Assembly: GCA_002010215.1 (NCBI GenBank) | Contig: MTMY01000003.1 | Location: forward strand, 1 to 64,000 | Reading direction: 5' to 3' | Origin: Archaeoglobus sp. JdFR-37 | GTDB taxonomy: Archaea; Halobacteriota; Archaeoglobi; Archaeoglobales; Archaeoglobaceae | DNA length: 64,000 nt | Shown: positions 1 through 10,026 of the stretch, piece after piece | Position numbering within the stretch: the first letter of the stretch is position 1 | Layout of the letters: every line of letters starts with the position of its first letter | The notes under the pieces: model-generated | The model's database searches: none | Seen by the model: the letters and a program-made list of their open reading frames with translations, nothing else | What the model was told of the DNA's origin: nothing | Program-made: the position numbers and the translations under genes

Positions 1-2
1 TT

Positions 3-110
3 GCAGGTGCTACGAATGAGGCGAGGCTTAGGATTTTGAATGAAGCTTTGAGCAACGTGGTGAGGGTTCTGAAGGGGGAGGAGGCGAGGAATGTGGTGAA
101 TGCTAATTAA
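3..110 (+). CDS. 3' end of D-2-hydroxyacid/phosphoglycerate dehydrogenase family gene (partial, window edge)
   Basis: Manual translation AGATNEARLRILNEALSNVVRVLKGEEARNVVNAN* resembles the segment after the TPH(I)AG motif of this family. Confidence 0.6.
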   Translation, partial: AGATNEARLRILNEALSNVVRVLKGEEARNVVNAN

Positions 111-132
111 ATTTTACATCGAAGTGCCAAAC

Positions 133-774
133 CTATGTTTCAACAATAGTACCTCGCTTAATTCTGTAGATTCTGTCCGCAATTCCTTTGACATGAGTAA
201 TACTTGATTCAGCCATTAAAATCGACTTTCCCTCTTCTTTCATCTGGTAAATTCCTTTAGCAAGTCTTGATCTAACAATAGGCGCTAAACCCTCCAAAGC
301 CTCGTCAAGAAGAATTAGTGAAGGATCAGTAGCAATAGCCCTAGCAATAGCCACCATTTTCTGCTGCCCCCCACTTAATGTTCGTGCAAGTCGATGAGTT
401 TGATATTTCAGTTCTGGAAAAATCCTAAAAATCCTCTCTTTAACCTGATTTTCGTCCATGTCCATTAATCTTGCTGGAAATAGAAAATTCTCTTCAACGG
501 TGAAATCGGGGTATAATCTCCTATCTTCAGGAGCATATCCGATTCCGAGCTTTGCACGTTGATAAGGATTCATTCTCGATATATCCTGCCCTTTAAATGT
601 GATCTTTCCTGATGATACTGGAAGTATTCCCATTATACTCCTAAGTGTGGTTGTTTTTCCTGCTCCATTTGGGCCTACTAGACAAACTATTTCACCCTCA
701 TCTACTTCCAAGGACACGTTTCTCAGAACTTGTACTTTGGCCACAAACGTGTTTACTTTTTCGAGTTTTAACAT
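133..774 (-). CDS. livF: Branched-chain amino acid-type ABC transporter ATP-binding subunit
   Basis: GPNGAGKT, YAPEDRRLY, LSGGQQ, LLDE; ATG at 774 follows AGGTGA (ORF track starts at 783). Confidence 0.9.
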   Translation of the reverse strand: MLKLEKVNTFVAKVQVLRNVSLEVDEGEIVCLVGPNGAGKTTTLRSIMGILPVSSGKITFKGQDISRMNPYQRAKLGIGYAPEDRRLYPDFTVEENFLFPARLMDMDENQVKERIFRIFPELKYQTHRLARTLSGGQQKMVAIARAIATDPSLILLDEALEGLAPIVRSRLAKGIYQMKEEGKSILMAESSITHVKGIADRIYRIKRGTIVET

Positions 775-775
775 A

Positions 776-1507
776 TTAATCACCTATCAATATTTTTCGG
801 ACTTCTTCGTTATCCAAGATCTCCTTTCCACCTTCTTTCAAGACTTTGCCGTCATTCATAACAACGATTCTATCTGAGTGCTCCGCTACTACTTCCATAT
901 CATGCTCAACAACAATAGCAGCAATTTTTTGTGATCGAAGAACTCCTACTATAGTGTTTATCACTTCATCCCTTTCTTCAATGCTAATCCCGGCTGTGGG
1001 TTCATCCAGCAAAACCAGTTTTGGTTTAAGTGATAGTGCCATAGCCACATCAAGAAGCTTTCTGTGTCCATGTGGCAGTTCTCTGGCCACTTTTATGGGT
1101 ATTCCGAATATCTCAAGTAAGTTTATGGCTTCATCTCTAACCATCTCATATTTTTTAGAGTCTTTGTAAAAAACATTCGAAAATCCATTTCTCGAAAATA
1201 TGGAAACCATTATGTTGTCGAGTGACGTGAGATTCTCGTAGATATATGGTATCTGAAAACTTCTGGCAATTCCCAGCTTGACTCTTCTATGTGGTGGTAA
1301 TTTTGTTATCTCTTTATTTTCAAAAAATATTCTCCCTGAGTCGGGTATCAGTGCCCCAGATATCAGGTTCACAAGTGTTGTCTTTCCGCTTCCGTTCGGA
1401 CCGACTACAGAGACTAGCTCCCCTCCCTCTATAGCCATTGTTATGTCATCAACTGCGTGGACTTCACCGAAGTATTTTTTCAGATTTTCAACTTTTAGAA
1501 GCCCCAT
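776..1507 (-). CDS. livG: LIV-type ABC transporter ATP-binding subunit
   Basis: GPNGSGKT, GIARSFQ, LLDEPTAG, VEHDM; likely start MGLLKVE at 1507. Confidence 0.9.
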   Translation of the reverse strand: MGLLKVENLKKYFGEVHAVDDITMAIEGGELVSVVGPNGSGKTTLVNLISGALIPDSGRIFFENKEITKLPPHRRVKLGIARSFQIPYIYENLTSLDNIMVSIFSRNGFSNVFYKDSKKYEMVRDEAINLLEIFGIPIKVARELPHGHRKLLDVAMALSLKPKLVLLDEPTAGISIEERDEVINTIVGVLRSQKIAAIVVEHDMEVVAEHSDRIVVMNDGKVLKEGGKEILDNEEVRKILIGD

Positions 1508-2442
1508 CTTACCATCCTCTTGACCATTTCCCCGACTATTCCTGTGGGCATACAGATGACGAGACCAACTATTAATGCCCCGAAGACCAGATACCAATAT
1601 ACAATAGCAGAAGAGATGAAAGCTTTAAGAAATGTAAACGCGAATGCACCTACAATTGGCCCAATAAAAGTTGTATATCCTCCTAGTATTGTCATGGCCA
1701 CAAACTCTCCAGATAGCAATATGCTTAGTGTGTCGTCAGGTGAGACATGACCAATGAGCGGGCCGTAGACTGCGCCAGCAATTCCTGAAAAGACTCCGGA
1801 TATGACAAACGCCATAAGTCTGTACTTCATCACCTCAATTCCGGCAAATTTCACCCTATTATCGTTGTCCCTTATAGCCTGAATCGTCAATCCAAATGGG
1901 GAATGTAGAATTGTTCTAAGGATGATGACCGATAGAAAGAATGTTAAAAGAATGACATAGTAGTACTCACTAATCGACGATATTTCGTATCCAAAGAGAG
2001 ATATTTTTGAAATCCTAATCCCATCATCACCACCTGTTATCGATCTGAGCTTTAATGCAAGTGCGTAGAAAAGTTCTGAAATTGCTAGGGTTAACATGGT
2101 GAAATATACCCTTGTGTGCCTGACACAGATAAGGCCTACCGCCAATGATAAGAGTGCCACGAAAATTATGCCAACCGGAAATAGAACTTCAGCGGAATAA
2201 ATTCCATAATGTTTCATGAGCAATGCAACAGAATACGCTCCTCCTCCGAAAAAAAGAGCATGACCAAATGAGAGCAACCCGCTGTATCCTAAAAGAACGT
2301 TTAAAGCCAAAGCGGCAATACCAAATAATAAGGCTAACCCTATAAGATAAGTAATGTATTCTCCCATAAACGGGACAATGATAAGGAGTACAATCCCTAA
2401 ACTCAGCAATACGATTTTTTTAATGTCTCTCAATATCAGCAC
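1495..2442 (-). CDS. livM: LIV-type ABC transporter permease
   Basis: GLLSFGHA, TGGDDG, IRDN motifs; multiple TM segments. Confidence 0.9.
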   Translation of the reverse strand: MLILRDIKKIVLLSLGIVLLIIVPFMGEYITYLIGLALLFGIAALALNVLLGYSGLLSFGHALFFGGGAYSVALLMKHYGIYSAEVLFPVGIIFVALLSLAVGLICVRHTRVYFTMLTLAISELFYALALKLRSITGGDDGIRISKISLFGYEISSISEYYYVILLTFFLSVIILRTILHSPFGLTIQAIRDNDNRVKFAGIEVMKYRLMAFVISGVFSGIAGAVYGPLIGHVSPDDTLSILLSGEFVAMTILGGYTTFIGPIVGAFAFTFLKAFISSAIVYWYLVFGALIVGLVICMPTGIVGEMVKRMVRWGF

Positions 2443-3292
2443 CTCCGAAGAGACCCGTTGGCTTTATGAGTAAAACAATGACCATTATCAAATATATTAT
2501 GGCTAGCTCTATTTTGGGAAACAGTGATATCCCAACTGCCCTTGTGATTCCTATCAGTATCGACGCTACAAGTGCTCCTTTTATACTTCCCATCCCTCCC
2601 ACAACTAATACTACCAGTGCAAGTACAAGGATTTCAAGGTCTGAACCGATCCATCCACCGGTAATTGGGAGCATCAAACCTCCCGCAAAACCAGCCAGAA
2701 AAGATCCGAGAAAGAACGTTAGAGTGTAAACTCTCTGAACGTTAACACCGAGGGCACTCGTAACTTCAGAATCATGAGAAGTTGCCCTGATTATCATTCC
2801 GGCTTTGGTTTTGTAAATCAAGAACCACAAAACCAAGGCAATGATTGCAGCCGTAACTATGAGGAAGATGTTGTAAATCGGAATTATCAAGCCCCTAATT
2901 GAAATTGTCCCGAGAGTAAAAGTTACTGTGGGGTCTGAAATGGGCATACTGCCCCATCCAATCCTGAAAATATCCATAAAAACGAAGATCATTCCGAAAG
3001 TGAGAAGAAGTTCGAAGAGCTCACCTCTGCCATAAATTCTTCTAAGCAAGCCGATTTCAAATAAAATGCCAACGAATCCTACTATTATGGCGGCAATAAA
3101 TGGAGATAAGAGATGTAAAATCAAATTTTTTGTAAGCCTTGTAATTGTGTATGTGATGTATATCCCAAGTGCGTAGAAACTGCCATGAGCAAAATTGACG
3201 ATTCGAAGTATTCCAAAAATTATCGATAACCCTGCAGTGACTAAAAATAAAATGGAAGCGAATATCAAACCATTGAGGACCTGAGGGATCAT
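2420..3292 (-). CDS. livH: LIV-type ABC transporter permease
   Basis: NFAHG, GMIIRATS..ALGVN, VGGMGS motifs; likely start MIPQ at 3292. Confidence 0.9.
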   Translation of the reverse strand: MIPQVLNGLIFASILFLVTAGLSIIFGILRIVNFAHGSFYALGIYITYTITRLTKNLILHLLSPFIAAIIVGFVGILFEIGLLRRIYGRGELFELLLTFGMIFVFMDIFRIGWGSMPISDPTVTFTLGTISIRGLIIPIYNIFLIVTAAIIALVLWFLIYKTKAGMIIRATSHDSEVTSALGVNVQRVYTLTFFLGSFLAGFAGGLMLPITGGWIGSDLEILVLALVVLVVGGMGSIKGALVASILIGITRAVGISLFPKIELAIIYLIMVIVLLIKPTGLFGGADIERH

Positions 3293-3302
3293 GTTATCAC
3301 TT

Positions 3303-4643
3303 TTACCAAGTTGCAATCCAGTCAGTTCCTTTTGTTAAAGCCGGCGGTTCTTGCTTTGAGGGCTCAAGATGTATCTTCGGTTTCACGGTATATGGCAACC
3401 ATTCATGTTTTGCCGTCAATCCAGTATTGATTGGCCAAAGAACCCTGTGATCCTCTTTTCTCATGATGCCTGTGCCGTAGAAAGTTTCCACCTTACCCAG
3501 ATTTTCCATTGCATCTCTTATTTCATCATTCGTTGGAAATTCCCCCTTCTCTTCGTATGCTTTCTCTATTGCTGCCTTCCATGTGTAGAATGCACTAACT
3601 GCATCTACTGCCCCTGCCTGAGGCCACCTGTCATACCTCTGCTTAAATTCCTTTATGTATCGTTCATATTCTGGAGAAATCTCATCTAGTTCCGCCCAGT
3701 GGCCTTGAATTCCCTGTTGAGGATGGCCATAAAGAGGCAGATCCCTGCCTAACGCAATATAGAAGTCCCAGTACCCACATAGATAAGTGTTACCTCCAGC
3801 ACCTTTAAGAAGCTGGTATGGTATGAGCTGGTCAATGAAACGTGTTGCATCTGTACCCCAGAGGCTTGTGAAGATGTAGTCCGGTTTTGCATTCACCAGA
3901 TCGGTAATGTACGGTGTGTAGTCTGGAGTGAAAAGCTTTGGATATAATGGCTCGAGAACTTCTACATCAGGTTTCAGCTTTTTAATCGCCGCGGTAAATA
4001 CTTCATAGTTATCGTAACCCCAAGCATAGTCAGGATGTACTTGGGCAACTACCTTGGCATCCGGGAAGAATTCAGCAAGCAGATAAGCTGCCTGGACCGC
4101 ATGCGAAACAGCCGAGTTATTTGTCTTGAAAACCCAGTCCATTCTCCCTTTGGACGGGTCTTTGGGGTCATTCCAAGTTACATAAGGTATCCTTGCCTGA
4201 CAGCTCAAAAACAGCGTACTATTCTCCTCAGCAACAGGAGCGGCAGCCATTGAATTTGCAGTAGAAGCTAAACCCATTATCACATCTACCTTTTCATCTA
4301 AGCAGAGCCTCTTGAACTTTTCAACGACTTCGGCTGGTTTCCCTTCATCCTCATGTATAACCTTTATTTTTGCCCCAGCGATTCCTCCAGAAGCATTTAC
4401 CCAATCGACAAGTAGATCAATACCTTGATGTCCTGGTTCACCAAAAGCAGCAGCAGGACCTGTTCTGTAGGCCACATATGCAAGTTTTAACTCCTTTGTT
4501 GGTTTAGGGGTTGTTTTAGGTGTGGGTGTCGGGGTTGGTGTAGGTGCTGTAGGTGCTTGTTGCTGAGCACAGCCCATCACAGTTGTGGCAATACCGGCAC
4601 CAACTAGCTTCAAAAAGTCTCTACGGGATAGCACAGCTTCCAC
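3303..4643 (-). CDS. LIV-family substrate-binding lipoprotein with Tat signal
   Basis: SRRDFLK twin-arginine motif, VMGC lipobox, PT-rich linker, PDYAWG; first gene of the liv operon. Confidence 0.85.
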   Translation of the reverse strand: MEAVLSRRDFLKLVGAGIATTVMGCAQQQAPTAPTPTPTPTPKTTPKPTKELKLAYVAYRTGPAAAFGEPGHQGIDLLVDWVNASGGIAGAKIKVIHEDEGKPAEVVEKFKRLCLDEKVDVIMGLASTANSMAAAPVAEENSTLFLSCQARIPYVTWNDPKDPSKGRMDWVFKTNNSAVSHAVQAAYLLAEFFPDAKVVAQVHPDYAWGYDNYEVFTAAIKKLKPDVEVLEPLYPKLFTPDYTPYITDLVNAKPDYIFTSLWGTDATRFIDQLIPYQLLKGAGGNTYLCGYWDFYIALGRDLPLYGHPQQGIQGHWAELDEISPEYERYIKEFKQRYDRWPQAGAVDAVSAFYTWKAAIEKAYEEKGEFPTNDEIRDAMENLGKVETFYGTGIMRKEDHRVLWPINTGLTAKHEWLPYTVKPKIHLEPSKQEPPALTKGTDWIATW

Positions 4644-4906
4644 CTCAAAATGCCATTAATAATAATTATATTTAAGCATTTCGATGAAGTTTCGTAAAAT
4701 ACGAATGAATATGGATTATTATTTGATTTAGCAATATAATTTTAAAATTAGATTTCATCTGACACGCCATATAAATTAAAGGAAAGCGTAACCGATTTAA
4801 ATTAAAAAGATACTGGCTATTGTGGAGGAAATGTAATGGAGTACCATCAACCATTAATTATCTGCATCATTGAGCAAGCTTCAGACAGACTCAAAAGAAG
4901 TGGGAA

Positions 4907-5749
4907 GTGATAGACGTGCTCGGCATCCTTTTTTCATTAATTGCTTCTCTCTTATGGGGTATAAACGGCATTTTCTTGAGAAAAGGACTTGAAAAAGCAA
5001 ATGTTATATCAGCAACATTCACAGTAGTTTCCATTGTAACTCTAATCACCTTTATTTTTTCTATCAAGAACATACATGAAACACAGTTCAGAGCTGACAA
5101 AGCTATAATGCTCGCATTAGCTGGAATATTTTCCTATTTCATAGCGAGAGTGACAACCTATATGTCCGTAACATCTATAGGATCTTCTAGAGCATTCTCA
5201 GGTACCTCTACAAGAATAATGTTTTCTGCAATTTTCGGTGTCTTTTTCCTACATGAAATTCTCAATATGCTGATTCTAACCGGTACAATTCTCATGATAT
5301 TCGGGCTTTACATTTTCTCAACTGAAGAGATTGATAGGCGAGGGATTTATACTGCCACCATAAGCGGGTTTTTCTATGGTCTCGCATCTCTCCTGATAAA
5401 AGCAGGAATGCTCGATAATATTTTTTTAAGCACCTTTATTGCATCAATTTCTGGTCTTTTGGTTCTGGGCATCTATGCTTCAACTAAAAATTGTCTGAAG
5501 TTCGTGAACAACAAATACCTATTAGTTTCTGCCACTTCACTTGCGATAGGGAACATATCTTATTATTTCGCATTGTCTCTCGCACCGCTAACCGTTGTCG
5601 TTCCAATTTCAAATCTGTATCCTCTAATAACAACAACTCTGTCCTATTTATTCATTCAGAAGCTGGAGTCAATAGGAGTTAAGACTTTTTTAGGTTCTCT
5701 CCTAGCAGTTCTAGGATCAATCTTGATTGCTATTGGTATAAACCCATGA
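4907..5749 (+). CDS. EamA/DMT family transporter
   Basis: About 10 TM segments in two repeats; LWG, FLHE and PISNLYP motifs. Confidence 0.8.
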   Translation: MIDVLGILFSLIASLLWGINGIFLRKGLEKANVISATFTVVSIVTLITFIFSIKNIHETQFRADKAIMLALAGIFSYFIARVTTYMSVTSIGSSRAFSGTSTRIMFSAIFGVFFLHEILNMLILTGTILMIFGLYIFSTEEIDRRGIYTATISGFFYGLASLLIKAGMLDNIFLSTFIASISGLLVLGIYASTKNCLKFVNNKYLLVSATSLAIGNISYYFALSLAPLTVVVPISNLYPLITTTLSYLFIQKLESIGVKTFLGSLLAVLGSILIAIGINP

Positions 5750-5790
5750 TAACCCATATTCCTAACCTAATAGTTGGTACAGGTGAAAGT

Positions 5791-6231
5791 TCACCCATCT
5801 TTTTTAACAGCTATTTTGTAATAACAGTTTAAAACAACTTCTCCTTTTTGATTTACAGCTTTTATCTCATAGGTTACTAATCTATAATTCTTCCTTTCAG
5901 CTATCTGTATAACTTCTCCTCTTACTTTTATTGTATCTCCTACGAACACGGGTTTCAGAAACCTCACTTTATCAATACCATATAGGATAATGGGTGATCT
6001 GTCTGTTCGTCCAAGTCTAGCGAGTAAGCCGCCAACAATGGTTAAAGTCAGCAGTCCATGCGCTATTATCTTCCCAAAATCTGTACGTTCAGCGTATTCA
6101 GCATCAGTGTGAATTGGATTCCAATCCCCCGAAAGATACGCATAGTTTACTATGTCTGCTTCGGTTATAGTTCTTCCAGGAGTTTCAAAATTCAATCCTA
6201 ATCTTAAATATTCCAGATTGTTATCTACCAC
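5791..6231 (-). CDS. MaoC/PaaZ-like (R)-specific enoyl-CoA hydratase/dehydratase
   Basis: SGDWNPIHTD, IAHGLL, RFLKPVFVGDTI; probable GTG start at 6231 after GGAGGG. Confidence 0.85.
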   Translation of the reverse strand: MVDNNLEYLRLGLNFETPGRTITEADIVNYAYLSGDWNPIHTDAEYAERTDFGKIIAHGLLTLTIVGGLLARLGRTDRSPIILYGIDKVRFLKPVFVGDTIKVRGEVIQIAERKNYRLVTYEIKAVNQKGEVVLNCYYKIAVKKDG

Positions 6232-6489
6232 GTAGCTCCCTCCCGTGATTGCCAAATTCCTCCTATTACCTGGTTTTTCCTTTCCCACAACTAATGAGCA
6301 TACTCGCCTAGACCTCAGCTCCAATTTGTTTCATTCAATATTTCTAGAACCTATTTAAAATTTTTCGTCTTTTGCGAATCATCACTGACAATAGTTCTTA
6401 TTATATGAATGATCCACGACTAATTAATACTGGTTTACTCGAGCAACTCCCAAAAACGTTATATTTCATATTATGTGAAATTACTTTCG

Positions 6490-7464
6490 ATGATTGAAAA
6501 AGTCGTAAAGAATCTTTACAGAATTAAGATTCCATTACCACGAAATCCATTGAAATACGTGAATTCATATCTAATTAAAGACAAGACACGCTCCCTCATT
6601 GTTGATACTGGATTCAACATGGATGAATGTTATATGGAGATGATTGATGCATTGAGAGTGCTACATGTAAAACCTGATAAGACTGATTTCTTCATCACTC
6701 ATTTACACGCTGATCACTTTGGCTTAATTGACAGAATTGCATCCCAATCCAACGTTTTGGTAAGTAGTGTTGAAGCTCCTATCGCGGTGGAAGCCATTGA
6801 AAATCCAGACTACTGGATTGAAATAGCTAATTTCCTAGAAATGAATGGTTTTCCTTCGGAGGAACTCACCAATATTCTGAAATATCATCCTGGTATTCGA
6901 TACAATTCGACAAGAACAGAGCTCCAGCCAGTGAGCGATGGTGAAATGCTGGAATATGGAGACTTTTCACTCTCCGTCATTCTAACGCCTGGCCATTCTC
7001 CTGGGCACGTGTGTCTCTATGAGCCTGAAAAAAAGCTGTTCTTTTCTGGCGATCACATACTTTTTGATATAACCCCAAACATCACTTGGTGGCCCTCTCT
7101 TGACAATTCCCTTGAAGAATACCTCAAGAGCCTTGAAAAAGTCTATGAACTCGATGTAGTCGCCACTCTTCCAGGTCATAGAAATATTTATCGCAATCAC
7201 AGAATGAGGATTAAAGAGATTAAAGAACACCACAATCAAAGACTTAGTGAGGCGCTTAATGCACTTAGAAAGGGGGCTAAGACGGCGTGGGAAGTGGCAC
7301 CCCACATAAGCTGGGATATAAAGTTTAAGGAATGGGATGAACTTCCGATCACCCAAAAGTGGTTTGCTGTGGGAGAAACAATCGCTCATTTGATTTATCT
7401 TGAGAAAAAACGGATTGTGGCCAGAGAAGAAAGAGATGGAAGCTTTCTGTTCTTTCCAGTATAG
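6490..7464 (+). CDS. MBL-fold metallo-hydrolase
   Basis: THLHADH, TPGHSPGH, GDH and PGH motifs; C-terminal winged-helix-like segment. Confidence 0.85.
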   Translation: MIEKVVKNLYRIKIPLPRNPLKYVNSYLIKDKTRSLIVDTGFNMDECYMEMIDALRVLHVKPDKTDFFITHLHADHFGLIDRIASQSNVLVSSVEAPIAVEAIENPDYWIEIANFLEMNGFPSEELTNILKYHPGIRYNSTRTELQPVSDGEMLEYGDFSLSVILTPGHSPGHVCLYEPEKKLFFSGDHILFDITPNITWWPSLDNSLEEYLKSLEKVYELDVVATLPGHRNIYRNHRMRIKEIKEHHNQRLSEALNALRKGAKTAWEVAPHISWDIKFKEWDELPITQKWFAVGETIAHLIYLEKKRIVAREERDGSFLFFPV

Positions 7465-7467
7465 CTA

Positions 7468-8085
7468 CTATTCAACATTTATCTTTTGATTTTCAGAGCC
7501 TAATTGATTTGTCACAATGTCTTTAGTTATGATCAATATATATCCCTGAGAACGGAGTTTGTATTCAACTGAGACATCGAAGTACTGTTCAAAGAGGTAC
7601 TTTAGCTGCCTACAGAATAATTCATCGATCTTTTTACTTTTTAATGTAGAGTGAAAAATCAAAACAATAGAATTATCTTTATTAACTGTTTCAATTTTTC
7701 TAACTCTATTGCAGGCCAGCCAGATGGTTTTTATCCCTTCAACCACCTCTTCTAATGTTAATTTATCAATGGGCCTTGAATAAAGCCATTCAATTGCGAA
7801 TTCGTTTGCATTGGTTGTTATCGCGTCATCCACTCTTCCCTCAACCAGCACTTCCAACTGCTCTTTACTGATTATGCAGACGTCTAGCTCGCGAAATGCT
7901 TTGATGATTAAATTTTCAATATAATTCAGTTGGCGTATCCCGTCTGTTCCCAGCTCTGTATCAATTGAACTTATGAGTTCGTCAAGAATTCTGCCAATTG
8001 GTTTCCCGGTTTCCTTCCTTAGCTTGTTTAACTTCTCAAAAGTTTCAGAATTCACTGTGGTGTGGAGGTGCCTCCTGACTTTCAT
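7468..8085 (-). CDS. Putative transcriptional regulator, N-terminal ribbon-helix-helix plus probable ligand-binding domain
   Basis: HLHTTVNSETFEKLNKLRKETGKPIGRILDELI fits the RHH pattern; divergent from the ech/CoA-transferase operon. Confidence 0.5.
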   Translation of the reverse strand: MKVRRHLHTTVNSETFEKLNKLRKETGKPIGRILDELISSIDTELGTDGIRQLNYIENLIIKAFRELDVCIISKEQLEVLVEGRVDDAITTNANEFAIEWLYSRPIDKLTLEEVVEGIKTIWLACNRVRKIETVNKDNSIVLIFHSTLKSKKIDELFCRQLKYLFEQYFDVSVEYKLRSQGYILIITKDIVTNQLGSENQKINVE

Positions 8086-8142
8086 TATTAATTACGAATA
8101 GTTAACCCCATAAAAATTGTTTTCCTCGATCAATTAAGAACT

Positions 8143-8158
8143 TGAACAAATTTGTTCA
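8143..8158. promoter_or_regulatory. Perfect 16-bp palindrome TGAACAAATTTGTTCA, candidate operator
   Basis: Lies in the divergent intergenic region; extra half-site TTTGTTCA near 8182. Confidence 0.5.
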
Positions 8159-8205
8159 CAGGTGCGGGCAACGCTTATTATTTTGTTCATGATTAATAAT
8201 TTAAC

Positions 8206-9051
8206 ATGGAATATGCCGATTATAAAAATATAATTTGTGAAAAAGATGGGAGAATACTGGTAATAACGATCAACAGGCCAGATGTGCACAACTGTATAGA
8301 CCCGGAAACAAACTTCGAACTGGCCGATGCATGGAGAAAATTCTCCGAGGATGATGACCTATGGGTTGCCATCATTACCGGAGCTGGAGACAAAGCTTTT
8401 TGCACTGGCGCAGACCTCAAAAAATGGCACAGGTTCTTGCTTGAACAAAAAGTCAACTATTTCAGAAAGAATGCATTTTATGGGCCAGGTTTTGGGGGGT
8501 TAACTAGAGGTATACAGATATTCAAGCCAATTATTGCTGCAATCAATGGCATGTGTTATGCCGGAGGTCTGGAGCTGGCGCTTGCAGCTGATATCAGAAT
8601 TGCCAGCGAAGATGCAAAATTTGGTGTACTGAATAGAAGATGGAATGTTGGGCTTGGAGACGGAGGTACGCAGAGATTATGGAGGGTTGTTGGACTTGGC
8701 AGAGCATTGGAACTCATACTGACTGGCAAAGAAATCGACGCCCAGGAAGCGTACAGAATAGGGCTGGTTAATGAAATTGTACCAAAGAGTGAAGTCCTCG
8801 AAAGAGCTAAAGAACTGGCAGAACTGATTTGCTCGTTCCCCCAAGGCTCTATAAGAACGGACAAAGAGGCCTTGATTAGGGGAATAGGGACACCGCTTGA
8901 AGAAGGGCTCAGAATAGAGAGTATGCTTTTCTGGAACTTGTTGCTCAACAATGACTTCTGGGAAGGACCGAAAGCATTCAGAGATAAGCGGAAACCCGAA
9001 TACACGATGGAAAATGAAAAATTAAAAGATTCGATAAAATATAGGTGGTAA
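8206..9051 (+). CDS. Enoyl-CoA hydratase/crotonase family protein
   Basis: AFCTGADL, KPIIAAING..AGGLELALAAD, GGTQRL. Confidence 0.9.
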   Translation: MEYADYKNIICEKDGRILVITINRPDVHNCIDPETNFELADAWRKFSEDDDLWVAIITGAGDKAFCTGADLKKWHRFLLEQKVNYFRKNAFYGPGFGGLTRGIQIFKPIIAAINGMCYAGGLELALAADIRIASEDAKFGVLNRRWNVGLGDGGTQRLWRVVGLGRALELILTGKEIDAQEAYRIGLVNEIVPKSEVLERAKELAELICSFPQGSIRTDKEALIRGIGTPLEEGLRIESMLFWNLLLNNDFWEGPKAFRDKRKPEYTMENEKLKDSIKYRW

Positions 9052-9053
9052 AA

Positions 9054-10010
9054 ATGAGTGATAAAATCGTAAGTTTGGAAGAGGCCGTGAGAGAGATTCA
9101 GAATGGAGATATAGTTTTCATAGGGGGTGTGCTTGATTCCAGGGTCCCTATGGCGGCTATTTACGAGATGATCCGGCAAGGAAAAAAGGATTTAATAGGT
9201 CTTTCAATACTCGCTCTTGAAGATCCGGCTGTTGGTGCGGGCTGTATTAGTGCGTTTATCGGTTGCTACGCATGGCTTGGAGCTTTTGGGAAGGCCCCAT
9301 GTATCGCCAGAAAGTACGAAAATGGCGAGCTAATAATAGAAGACCTCGGACACAATGATTCTTTGTTGATCTACATGTCTGCTTTTGGCCTGTCCAGCGT
9401 TGCTTCGAACTACAGCATTGGGTCAGACCTGCTAAATCTCAAGTATTCAAAGCTGGATAAAATCAGAGAAATTGCCAGAAATAAGGAAAAAATACCAAAG
9501 GTAAAGTATGCAAAAATCGAGGATCCATTTTTTGGAGGAGAAAGGGTATTGCTACCAACGATTAAACCCGACGTGGCAGTAATACATGTCCAGCAAGTGG
9601 GAACAGAAGGTACATGCAGAATATTTGGTGTTGAAGGTGTGGATACCCTGGCGGCCTTTGCAGCGGATAAGGTCATTGTGACTGCCGAAGAGATAGTTCC
9701 AGAAGATTATCTGAGAGAGGATCCGAACAGAAATTCCATTCCATGTACCCAGGTGGACATGATAGTAGAAGTCCCCTGGGGTGCCCATCCATCAGTAGTG
9801 TCGCACTACTATGATCTCGACATCGAGTTTATCATAGATTACGTAAAGCGTGCATCCACTCAGGAAGATTTTGAAGAATGGCTGGAAGAATGGGTTTTCT
9901 CTGTCGAAAATCATGAAGGCTATCTGAACAAACTGGGGATAGAGCGGCTTGAAAGCCTGAGGGCTGTAAAGGGCTACGGATTCAGACCAAGAACTTGGTT
10001 GAGAAGATAG
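9054..10010 (+). CDS. CoA-transferase alpha subunit (glutaconate CoA-transferase A-like)
   Basis: SLEEAV..GD, PDVAVIHVQ, VTAEEIV, PWGAHP. Confidence 0.8.
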   Translation: MSDKIVSLEEAVREIQNGDIVFIGGVLDSRVPMAAIYEMIRQGKKDLIGLSILALEDPAVGAGCISAFIGCYAWLGAFGKAPCIARKYENGELIIEDLGHNDSLLIYMSAFGLSSVASNYSIGSDLLNLKYSKLDKIREIARNKEKIPKVKYAKIEDPFFGGERVLLPTIKPDVAVIHVQQVGTEGTCRIFGVEGVDTLAAFAADKVIVTAEEIVPEDYLREDPNRNSIPCTQVDMIVEVPWGAHPSVVSHYYDLDIEFIIDYVKRASTQEDFEEWLEEWVFSVENHEGYLNKLGIERLESLRAVKGYGFRPRTWLRR

Positions 10011-10026
10011 AAATGGAGGTGAAAAT

